Counted from the stretch's first letter, positions 40,745 through 51,467 are shown. The stretch is DNA of 64,000 bases from Lysobacter sp. CFH 32150 (GCF_022758295.1 NZ_JALDWJ010000007.1:148940-212939), one strand, 5' to 3'. A program made the numbers and translations. Notes: generated by a model not told the origin, from the letters alone.

Positions 40745-41011
40745 ATGCGAGCACTCTTCGTCGGCGGCATGGTGGACAACAGCGAACTGGATCTCGACGC
40801 AGCCCAGCCGCCTGCGCATTACCCCGAAAACACTGGCGCCGGCCGGCCGCGCTACCGGCTGCACCACATCGGTGAACACAATAGCGATGGCGAGATCGCC
40901 TACGTGGTCTATGCCGCACCGGAGCTGGCCGATTACGAGGTCGAGCGCATTGCCAGCGAGCGCGGCTATCCGCGCCGTTTTGACGCCACCCCCGCGCTCG
41001 TGACCAGCTAG
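40745..41011 (+). CDS. Hypothetical protein (about 88 aa) lying between two MITE copies. Its TAG stop is the first three bases of MITE copy 3.
   Basis: ORF with GC3 bias; MRALFVGGMVDNSELDL.... No homologue recognised. Confidence 0.35.
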   Translation: MRALFVGGMVDNSELDLDAAQPPAHYPENTGAGRPRYRLHHIGEHNSDGEIAYVVYAAPELADYEVERIASERGYPRRFDATPALVTS

Positions 41012-41136
41012 GGCCTGTTCACGCTATCCGAGCAGGTCGCGCCGGGCCTGAGGCCGTGCGAGGCAAGGAAGAGCGAGGGCGCGTATGCCGATACGCAACC
41101 GAGCGATGACGCGGCATCACGCGGCATCAGGCCCTA
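41011..41136. mobile_element. MITE-like element copy 3 (truncated). It has the left TIR GGGCCTGTTCACGCTATCCGAGCAGGTCGCG, about 90 bp of internal core, and a short right end caggcccTA.
   Basis: It aligns to copy 2 with an internal deletion between caggccc microhomologies. Its right-end TA(G) is the stop codon of the minus-strand PQQ dehydrogenase gene. Confidence 0.5.
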
Positions 41137-42459
41137 CTTCGGCGCAATGCGCCAGATGACGTCGCCGACATCGTCGGCGACCAGCAGCGCGCCATCCTTG
41201 CCGACCGCAACACCGACCGGGCGCCCGCGTGCGTTGCCGGACGTGTCGAGAAAATCGGTCAGCACGTCTTCGATGTCGCCGGCCGGACGGCCATCCGCGA
41301 ACGGCACGAACACTACCTTGTAGCCAGCCGGCGGATCGCGATTCCACGAACCATGCAAGCCAACCAAGGCGCCATTCGCATAACGCGAGGGCAACAGCTT
41401 GCCGGTGTAGAACGTCAGGCCCAGCGGCGCGACATGCGAGCCCAGCGCGTAGTCGGGCGGGATCGCTTTCGCCACCAGATCGGGCCGCGGTGGCTGCACG
41501 CGGCTATCCACATGTTGGCCGTAATAGCTGTAAGGCCAACCATAGAACGCGCCTTCGCGTACTGAAGTCAGGTAATCGGGCACCAGGTCGCTGCCGAGTT
41601 CGTCGCGCTCGTTGACCACCGCCCACAACACCCCGCTCTGCGGTTGCCAGGCGATGCCGACCGGATTACGCAAACCGGAGGCGAACAAACGCCGGCTGCC
41701 GGTCGCCGCATCGATTTCGAGGATCGCAGCGCGATCGGTTTCGATCTCCATGCCGTGTTCGGCGACGTTGCTGTTGGAGCCGACACCGACGTACAACTTC
41801 GAGCCGTCCTTGCTCGCGACCAGGCTTTTAGTCCAGTGATGGTTGCGCGGTAGACCCGGCAGATCGGTGACCTTGGTCGGCGCAGCGGTGATCTGCTTGT
41901 CGCCGCTGCGGTACGGAAAGCGCACCACTGCATCGGCATTGGCGACATAGAACGTCTCGCCGACCAGTGCCATGCCGAACGGCGACATCAGGTTCTGCAG
42001 GAACACGCTGCGGGTCTCGGCGACGCCATCGCCATCGGTATCGCGCAGCAGCGTGATGCGATTGGGGCTGGACATGGAGGCGCCGGCCTTCGCGAAGGCC
42101 CTGTTCACGAACCACCTGCGCAACACGCCCAGTGGCGGATCTTCGGTGGGCGGCCGATTGGTTTCCGCCACCAGCACGTCGCCGTTGGGTAGCACGTACA
42201 CCCAACGCGGATGCACGAGGTCGCGTGCATAGGCGTTGACCGCAAGCCCTGCAGCCGGTGTCGGCATTGCGCCGGCAGGCCAACCGACCGCTGTAGCGAT
42301 CTTGACCGTGGGGATCAGTGTCTTGGTCGGCGCTGGCAGCATCGGATGCGGTCCGGTGCCGGCCTTCGTCGACAAGCGCGCGGTCTCGCCGCAACCGACT
42401 ATGCCGATCAGCAATAACGCGAAGGTGTGACGCGCATGGGGATGGACGATGCTGTTCAT
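41134..42459 (-). CDS. PQQ-dependent soluble sugar (aldose) dehydrogenase, YliI/Asd beta-propeller family, lipoprotein-type signal.
   Basis: 441 aa with an N-terminal [10 protein letters not shown] lipobox and a beta-propeller repeat pattern. Confidence 0.75.
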   Translation of the reverse strand: MNSIVHPHARHTFALLLIGIVGCGETARLSTKAGTGPHPMLPAPTKTLIPTVKIATAVGWPAGAMPTPAAGLAVNAYARDLVHPRWVYVLPNGDVLVAETNRPPTEDPPLGVLRRWFVNRAFAKAGASMSSPNRITLLRDTDGDGVAETRSVFLQNLMSPFGMALVGETFYVANADAVVRFPYRSGDKQITAAPTKVTDLPGLPRNHHWTKSLVASKDGSKLYVGVGSNSNVAEHGMEIETDRAAILEIDAATGSRRLFASGLRNPVGIAWQPQSGVLWAVVNERDELGSDLVPDYLTSVREGAFYGWPYSYYGQHVDSRVQPPRPDLVAKAIPPDYALGSHVAPLGLTFYTGKLLPSRYANGALVGLHGSWNRDPPAGYKVVFVPFADGRPAGDIEDVLTDFLDTSGNARGRPVGVAVGKDGALLVADDVGDVIWRIAPK

Positions 42460-42593
42460 AGCGACCTCCTGTGCGTGACAGGTGAGCCGCAGGCCACGCC
42501 TGTCGAGGCGTCACGGTGAACCCGCGACTATGAAGTCCATGTGAGACGGCGACACGCCGTGAACGTGGCGTCAAAGCTTTCAACTGCGCCATG

Positions 42594-44717
42594 TCAATCG
42601 CGCCATCGCCACTCGATGCCGACGGTCGCCTTGCGCCCCGGCGCCGGTTCGTAATAACGGCGATTGCCTTCGTTGACGATCACCGAACCGGCATAACGTC
42701 GATCGAACGCGTTACCGACGGCGAAGAACACCCGGCCTTCGCTGCGCGCGTCGCGAAAACCGTAACCGGCACTGGCACCGAATACCGCGTACGCATCGGC
42801 GCGCTCGTCATCAAGATTGTTCACCGGCACCGCCCCCCCGTATTGCCCATCGAAGCGCACGTGCCAGCCGATCTCGTCACCCCAATGCAGCGCCGCATAC
42901 AGCGTGTTGCGTGGCACACCGGGAATTCGCGTATCCGGCGCCACCACGATGGTCGCTTGCGCGCACGGTGTGGTCACGCAGGTGAGGAAGCCGTCGCGAA
43001 AACGCGCGTTGACATGGGTGTAGGCGAATAGCGCGCGCCAGGCGCCTGCCAGCGGCAGGCTCGCCGACCATTCCGCGCCGAAGCGGCGCGCATCGCCGGC
43101 ATTCTGGAACGTCGTGCGGCCACCGCTGCTGGTGTTGACCGTGAGTTCGTCGCGGGTGTCGGCGCGGAACAGAACGACCTCGGTGCGCAAGCCGGCATCG
43201 TCTTGCAGCTTCATGCCGACCTCGCCGCTGCGCGTACGCGCCGGGCGCAAGCCGAAATTCAGCCCGCTGCCGCCATCGGCGCGATAACCGAGTTCGTTGA
43301 ACGTCGGCGTCTCGAAACCGTGCCCATAGGATGCGTACACATGCAGCGAAGGGCGCGGTTGCCAACCGAGGCCGAACACCGGCGAAGTCGCGCGATAGGT
43401 CACGCGGCCGCTGTCGTCTGGATTGGCGGTGGTGATGTAGCGATCGCGCGAGCGGAAGGCGATTTCACTGCGGCGCACACCAGCCATCAGCGACCAGGCT
43501 TCGTCCGGTCGCCACGTCGCCTGCGCGTATTGGTCGAGGGCGGCGACGCGATCGTCCTGTTGCAGGCGCAGCGCGCCGCGCACGCCGAGCTGGCTGCCGA
43601 CGAAATTCTCGTAGCCGCGCCGATCCTGGCGTAGCTGGTCGTAGCCGAGACCGACGACGACTTCCAGTGGCTTTCCCGCCAGCGTCGCGGTCTGCGTCCA
43701 GCGCGCATCGAGGCCCGCATACGGTGCGCGCAGATCGATCACGCCGCCGCCGCTGAGCGGATTGCGTTGCGTCGCGACCGGGATGGCGAGGAACTGGGTG
43801 ACCTCGCGCTCACCGGCATAGGCCAGCAGCCGCAACTGCGCATCGCTCGTGAAATCGTGCGCGAGCACCGCGCCCAGTTGTCGCTGCGATACCGACTTGC
43901 GGGTGTTGAACAGGTGCGCGCCCTCCGTGGCCTGGCGCGGATCGGCTTCGAACTGCACGCGGCTCAGGCCGAGTGGATCGAGCGTGCCGGGCGCCGACAA
44001 TGCATTCGCCAGCAGGGTCACCGTCGTGTTGCCCCGCGACAGATTCGCCTTGCCGTTGAAGGCAGTGCGTTCTGCGCGGCTGTGGTCGCGAAAACCATCG
44101 GTGGCGAAATGATTGAGGCCGAGGCTGTAGTCGAATCTATCTGCCTGCGCCCCGCGCAGATCGACGCCCAGCCGCCGGCTGTCGTCGCTGCCACCGGCTG
44201 ATGCAATGCCGATGTTCGTCGGTGCCGTTCCGTCCGCAGTGAACAACTGGATCACGCCACCAGAGGCATTGCCGTACAACGCCGAGAACGGCCCGCGCAG
44301 CACTTCGATGCGCTCGGCGGTAGCCAGCGGGAAATGCGAAACCTGCCCCTGTCCATCCGGCATCGTCGCCGGGATCCCGTCGACATACAGGCGCACGCCG
44401 CGAATGCCGAAGCTGGCGCGCGTGCCGGAGCCGCGAATCGACAGTTGCTCGTCCTGTGCGTAGTTGTGCCGGTTACGTGCCAACAGGCCCGGGATCGTCG
44501 CCAGCTTTTCCGAGAGGCTCGCACCCAGGGTGTCGGTGCGGTAATCCGGGCCTTCCACCACGCTGATCGAAGCCGGCACGTCCTGCGCCGCGTGCGGCGT
44601 GCGCGTCGCCGTCACCTGGATGCGATCGAGCTCCTCGAGCTTGCGTTGCGGCCCGGCTGCGAAGACCGGGCCGCAGAGGGTGAGCATTCCAGCCAGGGCG
44701 AGGGCGCATTTCGACAT
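42594..44717 (-). CDS. TonB-dependent outer-membrane receptor.
   Basis: Signal peptide, TonB box/plug (QVTATRTP...), and a 22-strand barrel ending IEWRWRD. Confidence 0.9.
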   Translation of the reverse strand: MSKCALALAGMLTLCGPVFAAGPQRKLEELDRIQVTATRTPHAAQDVPASISVVEGPDYRTDTLGASLSEKLATIPGLLARNRHNYAQDEQLSIRGSGTRASFGIRGVRLYVDGIPATMPDGQGQVSHFPLATAERIEVLRGPFSALYGNASGGVIQLFTADGTAPTNIGIASAGGSDDSRRLGVDLRGAQADRFDYSLGLNHFATDGFRDHSRAERTAFNGKANLSRGNTTVTLLANALSAPGTLDPLGLSRVQFEADPRQATEGAHLFNTRKSVSQRQLGAVLAHDFTSDAQLRLLAYAGEREVTQFLAIPVATQRNPLSGGGVIDLRAPYAGLDARWTQTATLAGKPLEVVVGLGYDQLRQDRRGYENFVGSQLGVRGALRLQQDDRVAALDQYAQATWRPDEAWSLMAGVRRSEIAFRSRDRYITTANPDDSGRVTYRATSPVFGLGWQPRPSLHVYASYGHGFETPTFNELGYRADGGSGLNFGLRPARTRSGEVGMKLQDDAGLRTEVVLFRADTRDELTVNTSSGGRTTFQNAGDARRFGAEWSASLPLAGAWRALFAYTHVNARFRDGFLTCVTTPCAQATIVVAPDTRIPGVPRNTLYAALHWGDEIGWHVRFDGQYGGAVPVNNLDDERADAYAVFGASAGYGFRDARSEGRVFFAVGNAFDRRYAGSVIVNEGNRRYYEPAPGRKATVGIEWRWRD

Positions 44718-44790
44718 CGCACCAGCCTAGCGTGGCCGTGTTCAGGCCGTGCGATCCCCCGCCAGCCCGCGGTTTCGATCACGCTACCTT

Positions 44791-44979
44791 TCAGCGGCAG
44801 CGGAAATAGGTCTGGCCGCGGGTATCGATGTAACGGCGGTTCGAGGCGTAGCCGCTGCTGTTGCCGTAGCCGACACCGAAATCGCGCTCGCGGTGGATAT
44901 GGGCCGGGGCGGCGTTGCGGGTGGTCGTGGCGCTGGTGCGCGGGGTCTTGCGGCGTTCGATATAGAGGGCAGTGGTCAT
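44791..44979 (-). CDS. Small hypothetical protein (62 aa) immediately upstream of the TonB-dependent receptor.
   Basis: ATG preceded by AAGGA with 8-nt spacing; MTTALYIERRKTPRTSATTTRNAAPAHIHRERDFGVGYGNSSGYASNRRYIDTRGQTYFRCR. Confidence 0.45.
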   Translation of the reverse strand: MTTALYIERRKTPRTSATTTRNAAPAHIHRERDFGVGYGNSSGYASNRRYIDTRGQTYFRCR

Positions 44980-45092
44980 GGCGGTCGTCCTTGTGAATTG
45001 GTGTGTTGGTAGACTACAACACCAGACACCTCTTCGCCATAGGCCGGAAGTCACCCTGCCCGAAATCGCCGGGACTGAGACTGCCGGCGGGT

Positions 45093-45527
45093 CTAGCGCC
45101 GATCGAGCATGGTCCGCAGCACCGGCACCGTGGTGACGTCGTCGACGCCCTTGAACCCGGCGATCCGTTCGCGGAGGTCGGCCAGTGCACCGGGCGTCTC
45201 CGCCTGCACCAGCACCAGCAGGTCGATCTCGCCTGCAACGCTGTAGCACTGCTGCACCTGCGGCAGTTCGGTGAGCAGCGGCATGACGTCGTCGCAACTG
45301 AAGCCGTCGGCATAACGCAGCCACAACCACGCCTGCAGCGGATCACCGTTGCTGCCGAGGCGCACCGTGTACTGCGCGATCACACCGGCGCTTTCCAGGC
45401 GTTGCAGGCGTTCCTGCACGGTGCTGCGCGACAGACCGACGGCCTTGGCCAACGCGACGGTCGACAACCGCGCGTTGTCCTGCAACAACGCGATCAACTT
45501 GCGGTCGATGGCATCGAGGGCTTTCAT
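45093..45527 (-). CDS. Lrp/AsnC-family transcriptional regulator.
   Basis: N-terminal HTH (LDAIDRKLIALLQDNARLSTVALAKAVGLSRSTVQERLQRLE) plus a RAM domain. Confidence 0.85.
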   Translation of the reverse strand: MKALDAIDRKLIALLQDNARLSTVALAKAVGLSRSTVQERLQRLESAGVIAQYTVRLGSNGDPLQAWLWLRYADGFSCDDVMPLLTELPQVQQCYSVAGEIDLLVLVQAETPGALADLRERIAGFKGVDDVTTVPVLRTMLDRR

Positions 45528-45624
45528 CGTTGGTCACCCGGGGCCGACAAGACCGGCATTCTGCCGGGTTGAGACCGGCGTGCGCGACCACGCACAGTGC
45601 GCGCCTCGCCCAGCGGACGCCGCC

Positions 45625-46185
45625 ATGACCTTCGACCACACCACCGTCCTCATTCCGATCGACGTGCAGCAAGGCTTCGATTACGCGCCGTGGCCGCAAC
45701 GCAACAACCCGGTGATGGAAGCCAACGGCCAGCGTCTGCTCGCCGCCTGGCGTGCACGCGGGCTACCGCTGATCCATGTGCGCCATGATTCGATCCACGT
45801 CGGCTCGTCGCTGCATCCGCAGCATCCGGGCAACGCCTTCCGATCTGGATTCGAGCCGCAGGACGACGAACCTGTCGTCAGCAAGTCGGTCAACGCGGCC
45901 TTCATCGGCACCGACCTCGAACTGCGCTTGCGCCGCCTCGGCGTGACTGGCGTGGTGCTGTTCGGCATCAGCACCGACATGTGCGTGTCGACCACTGCGC
46001 GCGTCGCCAGCAACCTCGGCTACCGCACGCTGGTCGTCGGTGATGCCTGCGCTTGCTTCGACCTGAAGGACGCCGACGGCAGCGTGATCGCCGCCGACGT
46101 CATCCAGCGTGCGCACCTGGCCACGCTGCGCACGGAATTCGCCGAGGTGCTCGACACCGACGCCTTGCTCGCGGCGCTGGGCTGA
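45625..46185 (+). CDS. Isochorismatase-family cysteine hydrolase.
   Basis: 186 aa with catalytic cysteine context VVLFGISTDMCVSTTA. Divergent from the lrp-like gene. Confidence 0.75.
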   Translation: MTFDHTTVLIPIDVQQGFDYAPWPQRNNPVMEANGQRLLAAWRARGLPLIHVRHDSIHVGSSLHPQHPGNAFRSGFEPQDDEPVVSKSVNAAFIGTDLELRLRRLGVTGVVLFGISTDMCVSTTARVASNLGYRTLVVGDACACFDLKDADGSVIAADVIQRAHLATLRTEFAEVLDTDALLAALG

Positions 46186-46207
46186 GCCGCCGCGAGCAAG
46201 GCAATCC

Positions 46208-46633
46208 TCAATCCTTCTCTTTCCCGATCACCTTGCCGGTATTCGGATCGATCTTCAGTTCGACGTCCTTGCCTTCCGGATCATCGGCCTCGGCATTCCA
46301 GATGCCGTCCTCGTAATCGACATCGTGCACGTTGGTGTAACCGGCCGCTGCCAGTTGCGCACGCACGTCCTTCTCGTTCAACTGCGCGACCCCCGTGTTG
46401 GGATAGACCTTGCCGGTCTTCGGGTCGATCCGCACTTCCATGCGGTTGCCATCGGCGCTGCGCGCGTCGGCCAACCATACGCCGTCGCTGAACTTCACGT
46501 CGTTGACCTTGGTGTAGCCCTGCTCGGCGAGCGCTTCGCGCACCTCGTGCTCGGTCAACGCTTCTTGCGCCATGACGGCGCCGGAAGCGAACACGGTCAG
46601 GGCGAGACTCAATGCAGCGATCTTCTTCATCAC
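46208..46633 (-). CDS. Secreted protein with two PepSY-like repeats.
   Basis: Signal peptide plus two about 55-aa repeats (EQGYTKVNDVKFSDGVW... / AAGYTNVHDVDYEDGIW...). Confidence 0.65.
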   Translation of the reverse strand: MMKKIAALSLALTVFASGAVMAQEALTEHEVREALAEQGYTKVNDVKFSDGVWLADARSADGNRMEVRIDPKTGKVYPNTGVAQLNEKDVRAQLAAAGYTNVHDVDYEDGIWNAEADDPEGKDVELKIDPNTGKVIGKEKD

Positions 46634-46830
46634 AAGCTCCTACTGGCAGGAGCCTTGAGTTTTGGTCGCGCTGCGCGAACTGGCGGTGAATGTCGTCAGC
46701 ATGTCCTGGCTGTCCCAGTTCACGCTTTAATGCAATCTTCAAATGGCCTTGACATGCCTTTAAGCAACCAAGGCTGGAAAACAAACGCCGCTCCCTGAGA
46801 AGCGGCGTTCCTTAAACTTGAATACTGGCG

Positions 46831-47157
46831 TTACTGCACGCGCGCAGTCGAACCCACCCTAACGATTATCGGCTTTGCTGGCTCGGCTTTGCCGTCTGCA
46901 TGTGTGATGGTAACGACATACTCACCCGAGGGCACCGCTCGCACCTGGAACTTGCCATCTTTCTTGATGGTTAGTTCACGATGCCATCCCGTGTCACTGC
47001 CTTGGATGACCACGGTATCTCCCGCTACTGCTGTACCGGCGATATTGCCGTTCGAATGTTGCGCGTTCGCACCGAAGGCGATCGCCATGGTGATGGACGC
47101 CCCCATGATGAGGCGCTTCAAGGTGTTGTTTTGCGAAGACATGCGAGTTCTCTTCAA
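46831..47157 (-). CDS. Small secreted beta-sandwich protein (carboxypeptidase-regulatory/Big-like); hypothetical.
   Basis: Signal peptide followed by about 80 aa of beta-strand pattern. Confidence 0.45.
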   Translation of the reverse strand: MKRTRMSSQNNTLKRLIMGASITMAIAFGANAQHSNGNIAGTAVAGDTVVIQGSDTGWHRELTIKKDGKFQVRAVPSGEYVVTITHADGKAEPAKPIIVRVGSTARVQ

Positions 47158-47253
47158 TGATCAGGACGTGGTGCTGGCAGTCTAGGCGCACGACTGGAAG
47201 TGCCAACCGTGCCGAAGGTCACCGGTTAGCTGACAAATTCAGCAGAGGCGAAG

Positions 47254-49134
47254 TCATGATTCTGCGGCCGCTTCCGCCGCCGCCGCGCGTTGCGCCTGTT
47301 GCTGCAACCGCCACATCTGCGCGTAGTGGCCATCGACGGCGAGGAGATGTGCGTGGTGGCCGCGTTCGACGATCCGGCCGGCATCCATCACCAGGATCTC
47401 GTCGGCGCCCATCACCGTCGACAGCCGGTGCGCGATCACCAGCGTAGTGCGGCCAACCGCGATGCGGTCGAGCTCGGCCTGGATCGCCTTCTCGGACTTG
47501 GAATCGAGCGCGGAGGTCGCTTCGTCGAAGATCAGGATCGCCGGGTTCTTCAGCAACGCGCGTGCAATGGCGACGCGCTGTTTTTCGCCGCCGGAGAGCT
47601 TGAGCCCGCGCTCGCCGACTTCGGACTGATAACCGTCCGGCAGCGACACGATCAGGTCGTGGATGTGCGCGGCACGTGCCGCCTGTTCGACTTCCTCACG
47701 GCTCGCTTCCGGGCGGCCGTACTGGATGTTGTAGAAGATGGTGTCGTTGAACAGCACCGTGTCCTGGGGAACGATGGCGATGGCGCTGCGTACCGAGGCC
47801 TGGGTGTAGTCGCGGACGTCGCGTACCGCACCTTCGGCATCGGTGATGCGGATGTGCCCGGCGTCGACGTCGTAGAAGCGGTACAGCAATCGCGCCAGCG
47901 TCGATTTCCCGGAACCCGAATGCCCGACCACGGCGACGGTGCCCCCGGGCGGGATCGTGAAGCCCACGTCCTGCAGGATCGGCCGGCGCGCGTCGTAGGC
48001 GAACTGCACGTTTTCGAACGTCACCCGCGGATGCAGCGCATGCAGCGGCACCGCGTCGGGACGGTCCTGCACGTCCTGGCGCTCGTCGAGCAGGCCGAAC
48101 AGGCGTTCGAGGTTGGTGAATGCCTGCTTCACCTCGCGATACATCATGCCGAGCATGTTCAATGGCGCGGACAGCTGCAGCAGGTAGGCGTTGACCAGCA
48201 CCAGGTCGCCGATGGTCATGTGGCCAGCGACCACGCCGGCGGCAGCGCGCCACATCATCGCGGTCACGCCGATCGCGACGATCGCGGTCTGTCCCAGGTT
48301 GAGCACCGCCAGCGTCTTGCGGCTCATCACCTGGGCATTCTCCAGGCGCACCAGGTTTTCGTCGTAGCGACGCGCCTCGTGTTCCTCGTTGCCGAAGTAC
48401 TTGACCGTTTCGTAGTTGAGCAGCGAGTCAACCGCCCGCTCGTTGGCATGCGTGTCGGCTTCGACCGAAGCGCGGTAGTAGCGCGTGCGCCACTCGGTGA
48501 TCGCGACCGTGAACACGATGTAGGCCGCGAGCGTCGCCAGGGTGATGAAGGCGAAGCCCCAGTCGTAAAGCCGCACCAGCACCGCGGTGACCAGCACCAC
48601 TTCAAGCACGGTCGGCACGATGGTGTACAGGGTCCAGTCGAGCAGGTCGGAGATCGCGCTGCCACCGCGTTCGACATCGCGCGCCACGCCGCCGGTGCGG
48701 CGCGCCAGGTGGAAGCGCAGCGACAGCGCATGCAGGTGGCGGAACACCTGCAGCGTCACCCGCCGCGACACGCGTGCCATGACCCGCGCGAACACCACTT
48801 GCCGCAGCTCGGTGAACAGCGTCACCGACAAGCGCGAGGCGCCGTAGGCGACCAGTAATGCGACCGGCAGGACCAGCAACGTCGGCGCCACATCCAGCCC
48901 GTCGACGAGTTGCTTCAGCACCATCGGCACGGCCAAGTTGGCGAGCTTGCCGGCGACGACCAGGGCCAGGGCCAGGGCGATGCGGCCGATGAATGGCCGC
49001 AGGAACGGCACCAGCTCGCGGACGACCTGCCATTCGCTGCGCGCGGTCGTGGCGCGGGCGACAGGCGCGTTGCCGTCGTCGCTGCCGGCAGCATCGGTAA
49101 CAGGCAGCGGCGCGGATTCGGTGGGCAGGGTCAT
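47254..49134 (-). CDS. ABCB-type exporter (fused six-TM permease plus ATPase; Atm1/HMT-like).
   Basis: Walker A GHSGSGKST, signature LSGGEKQRVAIARAL, Walker B ILIFDEATSALD. Start reset to MTLPTESAP. Confidence 0.85.
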   Translation of the reverse strand: MTLPTESAPLPVTDAAGSDDGNAPVARATTARSEWQVVRELVPFLRPFIGRIALALALVVAGKLANLAVPMVLKQLVDGLDVAPTLLVLPVALLVAYGASRLSVTLFTELRQVVFARVMARVSRRVTLQVFRHLHALSLRFHLARRTGGVARDVERGGSAISDLLDWTLYTIVPTVLEVVLVTAVLVRLYDWGFAFITLATLAAYIVFTVAITEWRTRYYRASVEADTHANERAVDSLLNYETVKYFGNEEHEARRYDENLVRLENAQVMSRKTLAVLNLGQTAIVAIGVTAMMWRAAAGVVAGHMTIGDLVLVNAYLLQLSAPLNMLGMMYREVKQAFTNLERLFGLLDERQDVQDRPDAVPLHALHPRVTFENVQFAYDARRPILQDVGFTIPPGGTVAVVGHSGSGKSTLARLLYRFYDVDAGHIRITDAEGAVRDVRDYTQASVRSAIAIVPQDTVLFNDTIFYNIQYGRPEASREEVEQAARAAHIHDLIVSLPDGYQSEVGERGLKLSGGEKQRVAIARALLKNPAILIFDEATSALDSKSEKAIQAELDRIAVGRTTLVIAHRLSTVMGADEILVMDAGRIVERGHHAHLLAVDGHYAQMWRLQQQAQRAAAAEAAAES

Positions 49135-49301
49135 GGCGCCAACATGGTGACTCGCCGGCGACGTTGCAAGCCGATGGCCGATGGACGCTGCTTTTCTCGG
49201 TCTATTAACGCCGGGAAGCGAATCATCGTTTGGCTTGCTCGACCTTGCATCAATAGACCCGCACAGGTGCGGCTTTTCCACTGCAGCAAGGGGAACCCAT
49301 C

Positions 49302-51467
49302 ATGTACAGAAACAAGATCCTGACGGTTGGCCTGTTGTCGGCCAGCCTCGCGCTGGCCGTGCATGCGGCCGGCAATCCGGTCACCCCCGGCGTACTGACG
49401 ACACGCACGGCGCTGGCCCCGGGCGGCCGCGCGCTGACCCTGCCTTCGCAGGCGGCCCCTGCGGCCATTGCCGCCACCTACCTGCGCCAACACGGCCATT
49501 CCGACACTACGGTAGCTTCGCTGAAGCTCAGGTCGGACAGCCGGCATGACGATCGCCGCCACCTGCGCATGACGCAGGAAGTCGGCGGGTTGATGGTGTA
49601 CGACACCTACGTCAAGGCCACGATCAATCGGCGCGGCGAACTGTTGGGCATGATCGAAAACCTCGCGCCCGTGCCCGCCGGCGGCGGCGTCACGCGCGCA
49701 GCCGTTGGTGAAGCGACAGCACTGGCCGCGGCGTTCAGGGAACTGAAGATCGCGGGCGCAGTACCGCAGGTAGTGACCCGTCGCGGCAATACGACCAGCT
49801 TCGCCAAGGCCCGTGGCTTTTATGCAGCACCCACGGTGACGCGCGTGGCACTCCCGATGCCCGACGGCACATTGTCGACCGGCTTCCTGGTCGAGACGTG
49901 GCGCCTGTCCGGCAACCTGCTGCATGAGACTGTCGTCGACGGCAACGGTCGCGTGATCGAAGTAGTCAAGCGCACCAATACCGACTCCTACAACGTATTC
50001 ACCGTCGATCCCACCGCAACCCCACAGGCGATCGTGGCAGGGCCCGGCGGCTGGTTGTTCGGCGGGACGCACCGCTCGATCGACATCGCCGGCAACAATG
50101 CGCACGCCTATCTCGATGCGGTCAACGATAGCGTGCCGGATGCAGGCGGTACGAGTGTCGCCGACGGCAACTTCCTCACCGCATTCGATACCGGCATCCA
50201 GCCTTCGGCTGGCGAGAACCCCAATGTCGCGGTGCAGAACCTGTTCTATCTCAACAACGTGATCCACGACCGGCTCTACCTCGCCGGTTTCGACGAGGCC
50301 GCGGGCAACTTCCAGGAAGACAACTTCGGACTCGGCGGTCGCGGCAGCGATTCTGTCAACGCCGAAGCGCAGGACGGTGGCGGCACCGACAACGCCAATT
50401 TCGCCACGCCGCGCGACGGCAACAATCCGCGCATGCAGATGTACCTGTGGTCCTCACCGCTGCCCGACCATGAAGTGCTGATCAATGCACCGGCGGAGCT
50501 TGCCGGCACTTCGTATGCCGCCCGCCGTGCCGCTTTCGGCGGCTCGCTCGACGCCACTGGCCTCACTGACGACGTGGTGTTGGTCAACGATGGCACAGGC
50601 ACCACCACCGATGCCTGCGAGCCGATCGCCAATGCTGCCGACGTCGCGGACAAGGTCGCCCTGATCGACCGCGGAACCTGTACTTTCGTCATCAAAGTGA
50701 AGAACGCGCAGAACGCCGGCGCGGTCGGCGTCATCATGGTCAACAACCAGGGTAACAACCCGATCGTGATGGGTGGGACTGATGCCACCATCACCATTCC
50801 CGCGGTCATGATCGGCCAGTCGAACGGGGGCATCCTGAAAGCAGCGACAGGCGTGAATGCCACCCTGCGCCTCCTCGATCCGGCGCCGATCATGCAGGAC
50901 AGCGCCCTCGACTCCGACATCGTCTGGCACGAATACGGCCATGGCCTGACCTGGCGGATGATCGGACACATGAGCGGCCCGCTGTCCGGTGCCATCGGCG
51001 AAGGCATGAGCGACGTGCTCGCGATCATCATCAACGATGATGACGTCGTGGCCGAGTATTCGTTCGCTGACCCGGGCGGCATCCGTTCCGCGCCTTACGC
51101 CAACTATTCGCGCACCTACGGCGACATCGTCGGCGCGGAAGTGCATTTCGACGGCGAGGTCTACGGCGCTATCGGCTGGCGGCTGTGGAAGAACTTCCAG
51201 GGCGCGGGGGTGAGCAAGGACGATACGCTCGCCTTCATCGTCGACGGCATGAACTACACGCAGGCGTACCCAAGCTTCGAGAACATGCGTGATGGCATTC
51301 TCGCGGCCACTGCGGGTAGCGGCCACGAATGCCTGGTGTGGGATGCATTCGCCGACTACGGCGTCGGCGTCGGCGCCAGGGGCAAGGCCAAATCCTCGGC
51401 GCTTGGCGTGAGTGTGATCGTGACCGAGTCGTTCGCGCTGCCGGCGGGGTGCACCGCAATTCCGTAG
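49302..51467 (+). CDS. Secreted M36 (fungalysin-type) zinc metalloprotease with a PA domain.
   Basis: Signal peptide, FTP/PA region, HEXXH (VWHEYGHGLTWRM) and downstream ...EGMSD... glutamate. Confidence 0.8.
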   Translation: MYRNKILTVGLLSASLALAVHAAGNPVTPGVLTTRTALAPGGRALTLPSQAAPAAIAATYLRQHGHSDTTVASLKLRSDSRHDDRRHLRMTQEVGGLMVYDTYVKATINRRGELLGMIENLAPVPAGGGVTRAAVGEATALAAAFRELKIAGAVPQVVTRRGNTTSFAKARGFYAAPTVTRVALPMPDGTLSTGFLVETWRLSGNLLHETVVDGNGRVIEVVKRTNTDSYNVFTVDPTATPQAIVAGPGGWLFGGTHRSIDIAGNNAHAYLDAVNDSVPDAGGTSVADGNFLTAFDTGIQPSAGENPNVAVQNLFYLNNVIHDRLYLAGFDEAAGNFQEDNFGLGGRGSDSVNAEAQDGGGTDNANFATPRDGNNPRMQMYLWSSPLPDHEVLINAPAELAGTSYAARRAAFGGSLDATGLTDDVVLVNDGTGTTTDACEPIANAADVADKVALIDRGTCTFVIKVKNAQNAGAVGVIMVNNQGNNPIVMGGTDATITIPAVMIGQSNGGILKAATGVNATLRLLDPAPIMQDSALDSDIVWHEYGHGLTWRMIGHMSGPLSGAIGEGMSDVLAIIINDDDVVAEYSFADPGGIRSAPYANYSRTYGDIVGAEVHFDGEVYGAIGWRLWKNFQGAGVSKDDTLAFIVDGMNYTQAYPSFENMRDGILAATAGSGHECLVWDAFADYGVGVGARGKAKSSALGVSVIVTESFALPAGCTAIP

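Noticed and set aside
47290-48858. 522-aa plus-strand ORF
   Set aside because: Antisense shadow of the ABCB exporter gene.
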